A DNA stretch of 64,000 bases, taken from NCBI GenBank assembly GCA_032718475.1, contig JAUCBJ010002096.1:19824-83823 (forward strand), given 5' to 3'. A program made the position numbers and the translations under genes. Under the pieces are notes generated by a model. The model searched no databases. It saw nothing but the letters and a program-made list of their open reading frames with translations, and was not told where the DNA came from. Positions 10,390-22,290 of this stretch are shown here, piece after piece; positions within the stretch are counted from its first letter, which is position 1; every line of letters starts with the position of its first letter. The stretch is from Nemertoderma westbladi. Its lineage: Eukaryota; Animalia; Xenacoelomorpha.

Positions 10390-12303
10390 TGAGGGCGTGA
10401 CGCCCTTCCCACACAAATTAATTATTTAAATAAAAATAATTAAATAATAAAATAAGTCAGTAGAAACTAATAGTTAGAAGAGTTAGTAAGTAGAAAGTTA
10501 GTAGAAGTAAGTTAGTTAGAAAGTTAGGTAGAAGTTAATAAAGTTAGAAGTCGGCGATTATAGGGAGTGTGGTATATAGACATACCACGGGAGTTGGGGG
10601 GTACGTGGTACTGTTAGAAGTCAGCGGGTATAGGGAGTGTGGTAGATAGACATACCACGGGAGTAGGAGGGTACGTAGTACTGGGAGAGTTAGAAGTTGG
10701 CGGGTATAGGGAGTGTGGTATATAGACATACCATGGGAGTAGGAGGGTACGTAGTACCGGGAGAGTTAGAAGTCAGCGGGTATAGGGAGTGTGGTATATA
10801 GACATACCAAGGGAGTAGGAGGGTACGTAGTACCGGGAGAGTTAGAAGTCGGCGGGTAAGGGAGTGTGGTATATTGACATGCCACGAGTAGTAGTAGAGT
10901 GGTTGTGGGCACCGAAAGCGCCACGTAGAAAGTAGTAGTAGAGGGGTTGTGGGCACCGAAAGCGCCACGTAGATGGAGGTAGTAGCAGAGTGGTTGTGGG
11001 CACCGTAAGCGCCACGTAGAAAGTAGTAAGCAGAGTAGACTTAGTAGAGTTAGGAGTTAGAGACTTAGAAGAGTTAGTAGAAGTTAGTTAGAGAACTAGT
11101 TAGGAGTTAGAGATTTGGTAGAGTTAGAGAGTTTTAGTTAGAGAACTAGTTAGAGTTAGTAAACTTAGAAGAGTTAGTAGGAGTTAGTTAGAAAGCTAGT
11201 TAGAGTTAGTAGAATTAGAGAGTTAGATAGTAAGTAGTTAGCAAGTAAGTAGTAGGCAGATAGAATGATAGCACAGTGTAGATAGCATAAGAGATTCAGC
11301 GCCTTTAGGAATAGAGGAGTATGGAGAGGAGCTGCTGGCGAGAGAGAGTGCAGACGAGTGCAATTCAGGTGTGGGGAGAGAGTAAGAGCAGAGTAAGAGC
11401 AAAGTAAGAGCAAAGTAAGAGCGGAGTTAGAGTGGAGTTAGAGGAGAGTTAGAGTGAGAGGTCAGAGTTCAGAGTGAGAGCTTTTAAAATTGTGTGAGAA
11501 TCCACAATTGTCTCGACACGAGACGCCAGATGTCTTGGTGTAACATAGGTTGCAGTTGCACCAAGAGATGGTAGTGACATCATACCCATAGGGAGCAGCC
11601 TGGAAAGCCGACTCCAAAAGTAAGAGAACTCCACCCCACACCCGATAGTAGATCGGGTTTCCAGCGGAATTGAAGCGCACTCAGAGAGGTTGATGCTATC
11701 TTCTCACCGGGAAGATAGCATGGGGGGAGTGTGAGCGGATTCAATTCCGCCTCACCATCCCCCATAAAGTGGGAAGTGGCGCCTTTAAGCAATATTGGGG
11801 ATACGAGGTTAATCCCCAATTAACCTCGTATCACACACCCAATAAACGGGGACAACAAACCCGAAGGGCCACACAAAGGGAGGTCAGAGGTTAAACCTCC
11901 GGGAGAGGAAAGTGACAGCAGCGAGGGGGGAAACACTCCCACAGAGGTGAGAGCCGAGAATTCGGTTATTGGCCAATCAGAGCCAGGAAATGCACCCGCT
12001 AAGTAATCAGGCCACAAGTACAGTAGGTAATCAAATATATTACCGGTTAGTGCTTGTGCCCCTTTCAGTCATCTCAGTCACACAGTGGGGACCAGTGACA
12101 TTTTGTACTGTCACCGTTACTGTCAGATTATCTCATTACTGCTGTACTGCAACTGCATTATCTATATTACCGTGCTATCATATATCTCATTACCGTTAAT
12201 CTATAACAATATCAAGACAATAACAACAACAAACTATCTTCTTTCCAACAACGCGGTGACGCGTAACTTAATTCACCGGTCGGGATCCCCTGATCCCGTC
12301 ACA
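10390..12303 (+). repeat. 3' LTR-like tail of element 1
   Basis: Begins TG right after a purine tract. Contains tandem repeats, CCAAT (~11972), an AT-rich box (~12034) and TCAGT motifs (~12065), and ends ...TGATCCCGTCACA next to unrelated transposase sequence. Not similar to 6477-7551. Confidence 0.45.
10450..11470 (+). repeat. Purine-rich tandem repeats: ~72-78-bp unit x5, GTGGGCACCG(A/T)AAGCGCCACGTAG x3, and degenerate GAGTTAG/GTAGT tracts
   Basis: TATAGGGAGTGTGGTATATAGACATACCA recurs at ~10560, 10630, 10706, 10781 and 10858; the three short repeats lie at 10905-11020. Confidence 0.9.
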
Positions 12304-12319
12304 TGTACGACAAGTTGAG

Positions 12320-14126
12320 TTGAGTGGAATTCGAAAGGTTCTAGAGACCATTCTGATGTTGAACTTTATATTAATTAATGATCCACTTATGAAACTGTGC
12401 AAGAAAATGCAAGTTAATTCACAATTTATTAGACATATTGCTCTTTCTCCATACTTAACTGTGGTAATCACCAAAGATTGGCAATTAGATTTAATAGTAA
12501 AGAATTGTTGTAATCCGGAAATATTTACACCAATTTGCATTGACATAACTTTTAATTGCGGAGCCTTTTGGGTGTCTACGACTTCATTTAAAGAACACAC
12601 CTTAATCACATTGCGCCGTCACCAACCAACACGTATTCCACGCCCAAAATTCATTCATACAAGAAAACTAGAATCAACTCATGAAATATTTGTCCTTCAG
12701 CTACTTCAAATTAAGCCTGAGTTTCAGAATCTCCGCACAATGGGTTGTGACTGAGAAATTGCAATAATTAACGCGTGGAGTAAATGGATACCATTGCTTG
12801 TTCTTCCATGCTATCTACACCTCCAAAATGACATAATATGCAAACTTTCCGAATTGGGCTTGTCGCCATTGTGCGGAGAAGTCCTTATTGATTTGCATTG
12901 ATATACTTTGGATAAATTTGAGAATGATAGCGCAGGTTTGAGTGAATTGTGGGATGAAATGGAGGCCAGGATTAAACAAACAACAAATTTTTCATCTTAT
13001 TTTAAACAGTACATAGCGAATGACGTATTTTCCATGTTTTCTCTGAACCATTGTACTGCCTGCGGCTTGGCCAGTGGTGAATTTTTTCATAATCAAGGGG
13101 AAGAATCTCTTCATGCTGAAATTAAATTATGGACAAACAAGAAACTCTTAGATATATGCTTATTTGTGGATAAGATGGAAGAGTTCATGGACAAATTTAA
13201 AATCGATATTGACATGTCCCTCATAGGACGTGGGTGTACAGATTATCTGAATATTATAATTATTTGCAAGGGATCCTATAGAATCACTACTGAACCTGAA
13301 GAGATTAGATTACGTCATATAAATTTGTTCTGTAATACAACACTAATACCTGAGTCTGATCAGATAGAAACTAACAAAGATAATGATCTTCCTTTACATC
13401 CAGGTCTTCCAGATACCAGAGAATTTATAAGCATGTGGAGAAAAGCTGCACAATTCGTTGTGAATTTAGAAGGTGATTTGTCTGAATTCGCACTAACAAC
13501 CTGTGGATCAGGTGGGTCATATAAATTGGTGCGAAGGTTTAAATCTGGTTCTTACCGTTGTCTATCGTGCCCACTCTTTAGGAAGCTACATATATGCTGC
13601 CATACCATAGCTTTCGCAGCATTTATGAAGGACACAGAGCAACTTATTGCGTGGTGGAACTCCCACTGGACTCTGGACAAACTTGTAGAAATATCTGCTG
13701 CCAGCAGTGTTGGTTTAAAAGGCCTGACTTCTCGGTCCAGATACAAAACTAAACAGTCTATTAAACCGTCTCAATTAAAAAAAGTTCTTCATTGATTCAA
13801 TAAACAATAGCCGCTCCTATAAATGTTTTGGATGTACAGGTTTTATTAGAAAGTCTGTGGGCCTGCAGGTTCGCTCCCCCCCCCCCCCCCCCCCCCCCGA
13901 CGATTTGGTCTTGAAGACCTGGGAACGTAGGTCCTTTCAAGACCCTAAAACTCAAGTACTGAAAATGACTATTACCAAAGAGATTGTGACTTTTCATCTT
14001 AATATAAACTGCATTAAGATGAAGTACACCAACTTTACACTCAATGATGTGTTTATTCATGATAGTTTTTACCGAATTCTAGGTAACCAGCAGATAGAAA
14101 AACTGAGAAATTTTGGTATTGTGTAA
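12320..14126 (+). pseudogene. Decayed MULE-type (SWIM zinc finger) transposase-like gene, 5' part missing
   Basis: SWIM motif CLSCPLFRKLHICCH. After a frameshift at the A-run near 13780 the frame continues KCFGC...PPDDLV...FHLNINC. Stops and frameshifts at 12754-12908 and 13795. Confidence 0.55.
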
Positions 14127-15124
14127 TATATAATCTGAGGGTCAGAGTGTAGTCACTAAGACATACTCGTAAAAACGAAAATTACAGCGATGCCCGCATT
14201 AAACGAGACCTTCATCAAGTCTATCTCTATTTATTGCGATGTGGCGTGGGTGTCCTTGATGCTTCGAACACCTATAATATCTCAGTGTCTATTCTCTACT
14301 GGATCATGAAAAAACGGAATATTATTTATGGTTCCATGGTCGAAGTATATCTATTCCTCATCCATGTTGTGATATATGAAAGGACCTAGCGGTTGGTACG
14401 ATGAAACTCTACACTTTTTGTTATACTTGGTTATATTTGTTAAAATTTTAAACAATTGATCCATCAACATTACTATACCTTATTTTTTCAAGATTTATTT
14501 CGTAGACTTATGAAATGGATAAAATCTTGAAATGAAAAAATATCCTTGAAAGAATCGACCTTGAATGTTGTTACCCCATTACCCCATATTGGGACCCCCC
14601 CCCCCCCCCCCCCCCTCTTCATAAAGTAATGACATATTTTGCGTTTTATTGGTGCGTAAGGTAGGGGGGGGGGGGGGGGGGTAGGTGATAGAACCAAAAT
14701 AGTTAGTTAGTTGTTTATTGACAAATAATAGTAACATAATGTTTAACAATATAATAATATATAACACAATTTGTGTAAATTATGAGAAAATAATCGTAAT
14801 CTAGCGAAGGCAAGTAGAAAATTATCTGGTATATAAATTGAAATACACACGTAAACAGGGTGCACTGATACACCTACATTTATTATGTTCGCATAATTCC
14901 AGAACTTAGTACATGATTGGGGCCTTCTTAAGATGTATCTTAGTAGAAAGATTTTTACCGATATTGCTATTGAGAATACCATACAACACACAATAGTCAG
15001 TCATACGCCATGGCCTACTATATTTTTATACGGCCTAACAGGTCACTTGGAGTGGCCTCTTAAAAAGAGGCCAGATATTTTGATAGAGTGCATAACGTTT
15101 TCAAGTGCAAGTCCTAACATTTTT

Positions 15125-15537
15125 TCTGTGAGTCCATAACGAACAATTCCTCAATAAATAAGGTTTGCCACCATATTTTCTGCTTTTAATTATCAAAGTT
15201 AAAAAATTTGATACATCTACCTCGCATTGTGAAAGTTATAACGTATTTCGTTAAACGTTTCAAAATAATTTGTCAAAATAAAATTGGGTAATCATTTTTC
15301 TTTTGAATTGCATTTATTATGCATCCATTTGCATGTGAGTCCGTAACGGGTACTACAGTATATTTACATGAATCAAAAGAGATACAACTCTTTTTTTATA
15401 AATAAGTAAATATGTACCATTAAATCCATCAGCCACCATCGGTAAATGTTATTTATATTGTAAAGTTAGTAATAAATATGCCAGTTAATTTCGTAAATTG
15501 CGTATGGATGTGAGTCCGTAACGATTGAATTGCCCTC
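15125..15537. mobile_element. DNA-transposon end (possibly Sola2-like)
   Basis: TGTGAGTCC(G/A)TAACG occurs three times (~15128, 15334, 15509). The last is followed by ATTGAATTGCCCTC, which reads 5'-GAG on the minus strand. No partner TIR seen. Confidence 0.3.
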
Positions 15538-15803
15538 CACCGAATTTGGTTGCATAATGTGATCGGTGGGTTTCCTGCATTTCCTCAGACACCTCTTGCT
15601 CTTTAGTCTTTATGTCCATTTAAATTCCTCCAAAATCGTTTTGGGTTAGGTTAGATCGTAGATTCTGAGACAATTAGAGTTAGCACCCAAGTTCTTCGAC
15701 AGGAAAATCTTTAGTCTACGTGTTGACCTTTTAGATTCTATAAAATTTTCAGCTATTGGATCAGAGGCATCGCCTCCTCGACTCATCAAAAGGTTATACA
15801 GAT

Positions 15804-16536
15804 TCCTATGCGTAGGTGTAGGCATAGGTGTAGGTGTAGGCGTAGCGTTTATGCCGCTTTGGGGTGTAGGCGTAGGCGTAGGTGTAGGCATAGGTGTAGG
15901 CGTAGGTGTAGGTGTGGCGTTTACGCCCCTTTGGGGTGTAGGCATAGGTGTAGGTATAAAGGTATAGGCGTAGGAGTAGGTGTATGCGTAGGTGTAGGCA
16001 TAGCGTTTATGCCCCTTTGGGGCGTAGGTGTAGGCATAGGCGTAGGTATACAGGTATAGGTGTAGGCATAGGTGTAGGCGTAGCGTTTATGCCCCTTTGG
16101 GGTGTAGGCATAGGTGTAAGCATAGGCATAGGTGTAGGCATATGTGTAGGCATAGGTGTAGGCGTAGGTGCAGGCGTAGGTGTAGGCATAGGCATAGGTG
16201 TAGGTATACAGGTATATGCGTAGGTGTAGGAGTAGGTGTAGGCATAGGTGTAGGCATAGCGTTTACGCCCCTTTGGGGTGTAGGCGTAGGTGTAGGCATA
16301 GGTGTAGGCGTAGGTATACAGGTATAGGTGTAAGCATAGGTGTAGGCGTAGCGTTTATGCCCCTTTGGGGTGTAGGCGTAGGTGTAGGCATAGGTGTAGG
16401 CGTAGGTGTGGGCATAGGCGTAGGTGTAGGCGTAGGTGTAGGCATAGGTGTAGGCATAGGTGTAGGCGTAGGTGCAGGCGTAGGTGTAGGCATAGGTGTA
16501 GGCATAGCGTTTACACCCGTATACCGGGCATACTAA
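15804..16536 (+). repeat. (GTAGGY/ATAGGY)n 6-bp minisatellite inside a probable small Helitron-like element
   Basis: 6-bp period punctuated by AGCGTTTAYGCCCCTTTGGGG. Starts TCCTATG and ends with hairpin CCCG-TATAC-CGGG then CTAA|T. The repeat is certain; the Helitron call is tentative. Confidence 0.65.
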
Positions 16537-17049
16537 TCCTTGAATTATATTTATATTTATGAGGAAGACAGCTTAGCATGGAAAACTAGATACAGTAAAG
16601 GGTACATATTATTGGGCTCCGATCCCCTGTGTTCACCCAGATTTTGTGTTGTAGAGAAAGGAAGGGTTAATCCCCAGTCAATTTGTTTCGGGGGAGTTCT
16701 ATAATATTGCTCCTGGCCCTAGGGTGTGAAGGTGGTGGGGGGCGCGGCGTGGGTGTTCCAGATTCGCAATATCTACCCTACAATACATAAAATTATTAAA
16801 GGTCTGTTGAAGGTCTGTAAACCTTCAACTGTTCTTCCAACGATGTGTAGTAGGTACTGTAAAAACTGTAAAACTGTAAAAATTATACTGGCTTACCAAC
16901 GATATGTAGTAGGTCTATAACTGTAAACTTTTTACTGGCCTACCAACGATATGCAACTGATGGAAGTGTGTTACTTGTATCGCACATGTACTTATGTAAT
17001 TCCATAGTGAGATATTGATCGATATAAAATTACGTATGGCTTTCTATGC

Positions 17050-19260
17050 AATAAATAAAATTATTATATTAAATTTATTACATATACAAAACAAAACAAA
17101 AACCCTATTTAAAATTTAACATGGAACTAGTACAATGACAAGTTGAAACAACAAAAAATTTAAAATTCGTCTGCTAGCCCAACACCGCGCAGACCCGCCC
17201 CATCGCCAAATCCCAGAGCCCGCCAAGACTGACGTCCCCCTCGGAGGCAGAGGGAGTTGGACCGGAGGAGCGCGAACTGCAACCGCCGGCGAACACCCCC
17301 CAGAACGCACACGAGGCCCCTCTCTCTCATACCATCCCGTCTAGACACAAGTGTCTCGGCGAGATGGCGGATTAAGATCTGGGCCTCAACGCACCATACA
17401 CCATCGGTGGTGCCGACCAGAGGGGTGAACGCCATCCTCCGGTCCTCGCAGACGGTCCGGTAATGCAGCTTCTTTAGCCGGCAGGGACTGCCGGCAGTAG
17501 GGACTCAGTCGAGCGGTTGGTCTGGGCGTAAGAGGTGGCGTCAGCATTTAAAACCGCGATATCGAACGATGCAACTCTCTGGTTAGCCCAGACCCCCCGC
17601 TCGACCAAGTCTGCCCGCCGACCTCCCGACCCTCTCTGTCGAGGTAACCCCGGGACAGGGTCACCTCCCGTTCTACGTTCGAGTTCCCGAACACGGAAAC
17701 CAACAGGTCCCTGAAGACCTCCCAAATCTCGTCATGGCATTTAATAATTAAACCGCCAGACTTGCAGCTCAGTGCATGGGTGGTGGAGAAATGACCCTCA
17801 CAACCCTCGCACTTCTCGGGGAGACCTGGCGGGGTGAGGCCATACCGGAGGGACAGGTTGTCCCGGAACTCCTCCGGACTGAGGTCAGTGGAGTCGAGGA
17901 CACTCGGTTGGCAGTCAGCCAGCCCCCGGTCTTATTGAGAACTGCCCGAGTCGCGGTTCGCTGTCGGTCGGCTGGTAGTGCCCCCAATGCTGCCTCCCGC
18001 TTCTCCTTGTAGGCAGAGTCCTGAGACACCCAGCTCTCAGCGAGTACGCTGCGCAGCTTGGCGTTATGGTCTGCCACATGGAGGGGTTGTCCCAAGAGTA
18101 TTGCATCTCGGACTACTGCCGTCCCCTCCTGGGAAGCTGCGCGCGTCGGTCCATGTCGCATGGTGGGGTCCCGCAGGCCGATGCCACCATGGCGAGCTGG
18201 AAGGAGAACCAGCTCCTCATCAGCCGAACCGAGTAGGCTTCCAAATAGGGTGGGGATGTATCGCCGGAGGAGCGTAGTCTGGATCGGGGTTACGTCTTCC
18301 ACGTCTGTGGGGACAACTCGCAGCAGGTAGTCCCACTCTGCCTGTACACAGCGGGACAACCCAGTGTGTGCCGTTTGGGGGAACTCCGTAGCGACTTCCG
18401 CGAGTTTGTTTATGCTGTCCACCCACCCGGAAACCTTCTCATCAACGAACTCCTTGAGACCAGAGTGCTCCCCGATGTAGCCACCAAGGAATCGGTGTCC
18501 ATTCACTATGTGGACCAGGCTAGCACCAAACATTGCCTCCGAATCAGCCTCCCACCCCGGCTTGACGATGAGATAGCTCTTCGTCGGCTCGGGGTTGTAT
18601 CCGATGCTGGGGCCCACCTGGAGGAGCTCCAACCACCATTCCCAAATCCCAGACAAACTGCCCGCCGAGGAAGTGTCGTCAGCGTACCAGCATTGGCATT
18701 GCGATGGGATGGTGGGTTGTGCTGCCTGGTCGTCGTGGAATGACAGTTCAGGGTCTGGTGACGTCGCCATTGGTTTGGAACTTGACTCGACGGGTGGCGA
18801 AGCGGATCCATCGGGTGGCGGCCCAGATTCAGGGGGTGGCGAACCGGAAACACCTGGTTGCGAACAGGGCTGGATCCATGACGAACTGGACTCACCACAT
18901 GGCGACTGTGTCACAATGGGTGGTGCCAAAACCAACTCGCTTAGTGGCGAACCAAATCCACTACGTGGCGAACCGTATTCACTGGGCGTCGGTGAACTGA
19001 ACTCGCTGAGTGGCTGAGAACCCAACGATAATGCAGGTCGGGGAGAACCGGGTTGGATGGGTTCTTCCGGAGCCGACGGGGATTGTACCTCGCGCAACTT
19101 CCGGACCATGGGCAGGGTCCCGCAGCCATAGCCCAACATCGCGAGGGTGTCGCCTTGACTCCAACCCTCTTGGCTCCACAAGGGGGCGGAGGAACCGGAC
19201 AGATAAAGGGCGGCGTGCCCATTGTAGGCATTGAAGAGGTACCTCGAGCACCTATGCCAG
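17050..19260 (-). mobile_element. CRE-clade non-LTR retrotransposon (RT, zinc knuckle, RLE endonuclease), 5'-truncated and frameshifted
   Basis: SQGDTLAMLGY, WYADD, GPSIGYNPEPTKS, LPARHGGIGL; RLE region RADLVERGVW...FDIAVLNADA; C-terminus FTPLV..DG...RLQFA...CLRG; AT-rich tail with AATAAA on the minus strand. Confidence 0.85.
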
Positions 19261-19336
19261 TATAAAATTCCGTATACATAGCCATATATAATAAAGAAAT
19301 ACATTTACAATAATATTTAACTAAAATGTATGTATG

Positions 19337-20706
19337 TGGAACCTTTGACCCATTTTGTGGAAGCTTTGATCATTGTGTGGAACCTGTGACCCTGTGAAAC
19401 CTTTGATCCTGTTGAACCTTTGACCCAGTTCAACCTTTCATCCTATGTAATCATTGACCCTATGGAACTGTTGATTTTGGACTGTTACCTTAATTGACTT
19501 CCTTTCTCAATTGGTAATTAGTTTACTTAATTACGATGCTATGGAACCTTTAACCATGTGGAAAATTTGATCCGTGGAACCTTTGGCCTGTGGAAAATTT
19601 GATCCTGTGGAACCTTTCACGCAGTGGTACCTATGATCCTCTGGAACCTTTCACCCAGTTGAACCTATGATCATGTGGAAGCTTTCACCCAGTGCAAACC
19701 TATGATCCTGTAGAACCTCTCACCCAGTGGAACCTATGATCCTGTGGAACCTTTCACCCAGTGGAACCTATGATCCTGTGGAACCTTTCACCCAGTGGAA
19801 CCTATGATCCTGCTGAACCTTTCACACAGTGGACCCTATGATCCTGTGGAACCTTTCACCTAGTGGAACCTATGATCCTGTGGAACCTTTCACACAGTGG
19901 AATCTATGATCCTGTGGAACCTATCACCCAGTGGAACCTATGATCCTGTGGAACCTTTCACCCAGTGGAACCTATGATCCTGTTGAACCTTTCACACAGT
20001 GGACCCTATGATCCTGTGGAACCTTTCACCTAGTGGAACCTATGATCCTGTGGAACCTTTCACCCAGTGGAACCTATGATCCTGTGGAACCTTTCACCCA
20101 GTGGAACCTATGATCCTGTGGAACCTTTCACCCAGTGGGACCTATGATCCTGTAGAATCTATGATCCTGTGGAACCTTTCACCCAGTGGAACCTATGATA
20201 CTGTGGAACCTTTCACCCAGTGGAACTTATGATCCTGTGGAACCTTTCATCAAGAGGAACCTATGATCCTGTGGAACTTTTCACCCAGTGGAACCTATGA
20301 TCCTGTGGAACCTTTCACCCAGTGGAACCTATGATCCTGTGGAACCTTTAACCCAGTGGAAACTATGATCCTGTGGAACCTATGATCCTGTGGAACCTTT
20401 CACCCAGAGGAACCCATGATCCTGTGGAACCTTTCATCAAGAGGAACCTATGATCCTGTGGAACCCTTCACCCAGTGGAACCTATGATCCTCGGGAACCT
20501 CTCACCCAGTGGAACCTATGATCCTGTGGAACCTTTCACCCAGAGGAACCTATGATCCTGTGGAACCTTTCACCCAGTGGAACCTATGATCCTCGGGAAC
20601 CTCTCACCCAGTGGAACCTATGATCCTGTGGAACCTCTCACCCAGTGGAACCTATGATCCTCTGGAACCTTTCATCCAATGGAACCTATGATCCTGTGGA
20701 ACCTTT
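19337..20706. repeat. 34-bp minisatellite (dimer of 17-mers GTGGAACCTATGATCCT + GTGGAACCTTTCACCCA)
   Basis: Directly visible: degenerate 17-mers at 19337-19600, homogeneous dimers thereafter. Confidence 0.95.
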
Positions 20707-22089
20707 AAAATGAAATCCACTAATTTGTATTGTATTCACTATTCACCTCATTTTGTTTATTAGATAGTTTGCGATTTAATAATTCATCGATTTACAATTT
20801 TCATTCTGATACCCTTGGCATCAAATTCCATGCTGAATTCTGGTAACACACAATAACGCGCAAGGGGAATAGAACGGGTTACTGTGACAAGCTATTCCTA
20901 TCGAAACAATAAGCAAAAGTTAACAGGATTATATTAAAATTTTTTATTTTTTGCTTCTAAGTGGATTTTTTCCAGTTTTACTTTGTAGTGTCTAAATGTT
21001 TTAAATGTTACAGTTATTGGTAATTTCAATGAAAAACTGCAGAAATAATATTATCGGAAATAATGGAAATAATAAGAAATAAGTTTTGGAGGTTAGGGAT
21101 TTCTTTTCAAAATTACTTAGACCATTTCGCGATATCTTTAGCCAAATGGTAAAGTGATTAAAGTTTAAAGTGATGAATTTTAGTCAGTCAATATGACAAT
21201 CGAGTAAGCACCCAAGGCTGCCATACCAGGCAGGCTCTTTACTTAGATAGAAAACGGTCTAAGTTAGTAAAGCACGTCCATAACAGCTCATTTAAATACC
21301 CATTCAGCAACAATCCCTTGAGAATTATAAGTGCAATACTAGTACCTAAATGGGTTTTTAAAATGTGTAATGGTATCATGATTTGGTTACAAGGCTCTGA
21401 GCAGAGCAATGAAATATAATACATGTCAGTGCGCTTAATGATATGTTAACTTATATAAAATATCTAAATAACTTTCTCATAGTGTAATGGATTTGAGCCG
21501 CTGGCATGGTCACCACTACTGGCACGGTCGCCAATGATTTTACAGAAATTCTAAATTTAAATCACTACTATTTGAAGCTATGGAGTAAATGTATTTGATT
21601 CTATTGTATGTCCTTTGAAACATTTTTACATGTGGGTCGCGATTCATACCATTCATCACTGAATCACAAGCCCCAGTCGCACAAATTACTCATACTCATT
21701 CAAAAAGTGCCTGGAATTCACAAACCTGGTTGAAAAAACCATGCTACTAATGTTCACAACCGTAACCCTATTCACAGATTTCAATGATTCACCTAACTTC
21801 CGGCTTCATCATCCCAAACAGCAGAAGTCAATTGCTCAAGAATGTCATCCTCGGAGCATATGCTCCATACACTTGCCGAGGATTGTCGAAGTTAACTGGC
21901 AAAATTTCGGTTTTCTTTGAGTTAATCAATTTATCAAAACTAGATTTTGAAAAAATGAGTAAGCACTTCACCGGGGGTTGAATGCAATGAACCAATAAAC
22001 TGGGGAACTGCTGGGATTCTTCCAGTGACTTTGAGGGTACTCCTAACGCACCAACATCAGATCAAAAAGGTGCTTGGCTCTTGGGTCAT

Positions 22090-22290
22090 CGAATTCTGGA
22101 TTCACTAGCGGGTATTAGCATGACCTCAGCTGGAATAACTTATTCGGGAATCCCATATGCGCTCTAAATATGCTAAACATCTGTGATCGAGAGACTGAAT
22201 CAAAGGCCTATATGAAGTCAACAAAGACAATAATATCCAGATGTCTGTCTTTCTCTGTTGACAACGCTTAAATTATCTATGATCAAAGAA
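22090..22290 (-). pseudogene. RTE-type LINE RT remnant
   Basis: Degenerate similarity to 28560-28700 (AATCCCAT...ATGCT(A/G)AACAT...CAAAGACAA...CCAGATG.CTGTCTTTC). Confidence 0.45.

Larger units (their letters stand above)
6477..12303 (+). mobile_element. BEL/Pao-derived non-autonomous retroelement 1 (Gag+protease only)
   Basis: Starts TG at the Helitron breakpoint, then an LTR-like unit, a Gag-protease ORF, a PPT-like tract GAGGGGGGTGGGAA|TG (~10376-10391) and a long LTR-like tail ending GTCACA. The right boundary is inferred. Confidence 0.7.

Noticed and set aside
12302-12305. CATG as a TSD matching 6473-6476
   Set aside because: Only 4 bp (BEL TSDs are usually 5 bp), and Helitron F does not resume after it.
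15646-16562. PT-, GV- and RC-repeat ORFs
   Set aside because: Translations of a 6-bp minisatellite.
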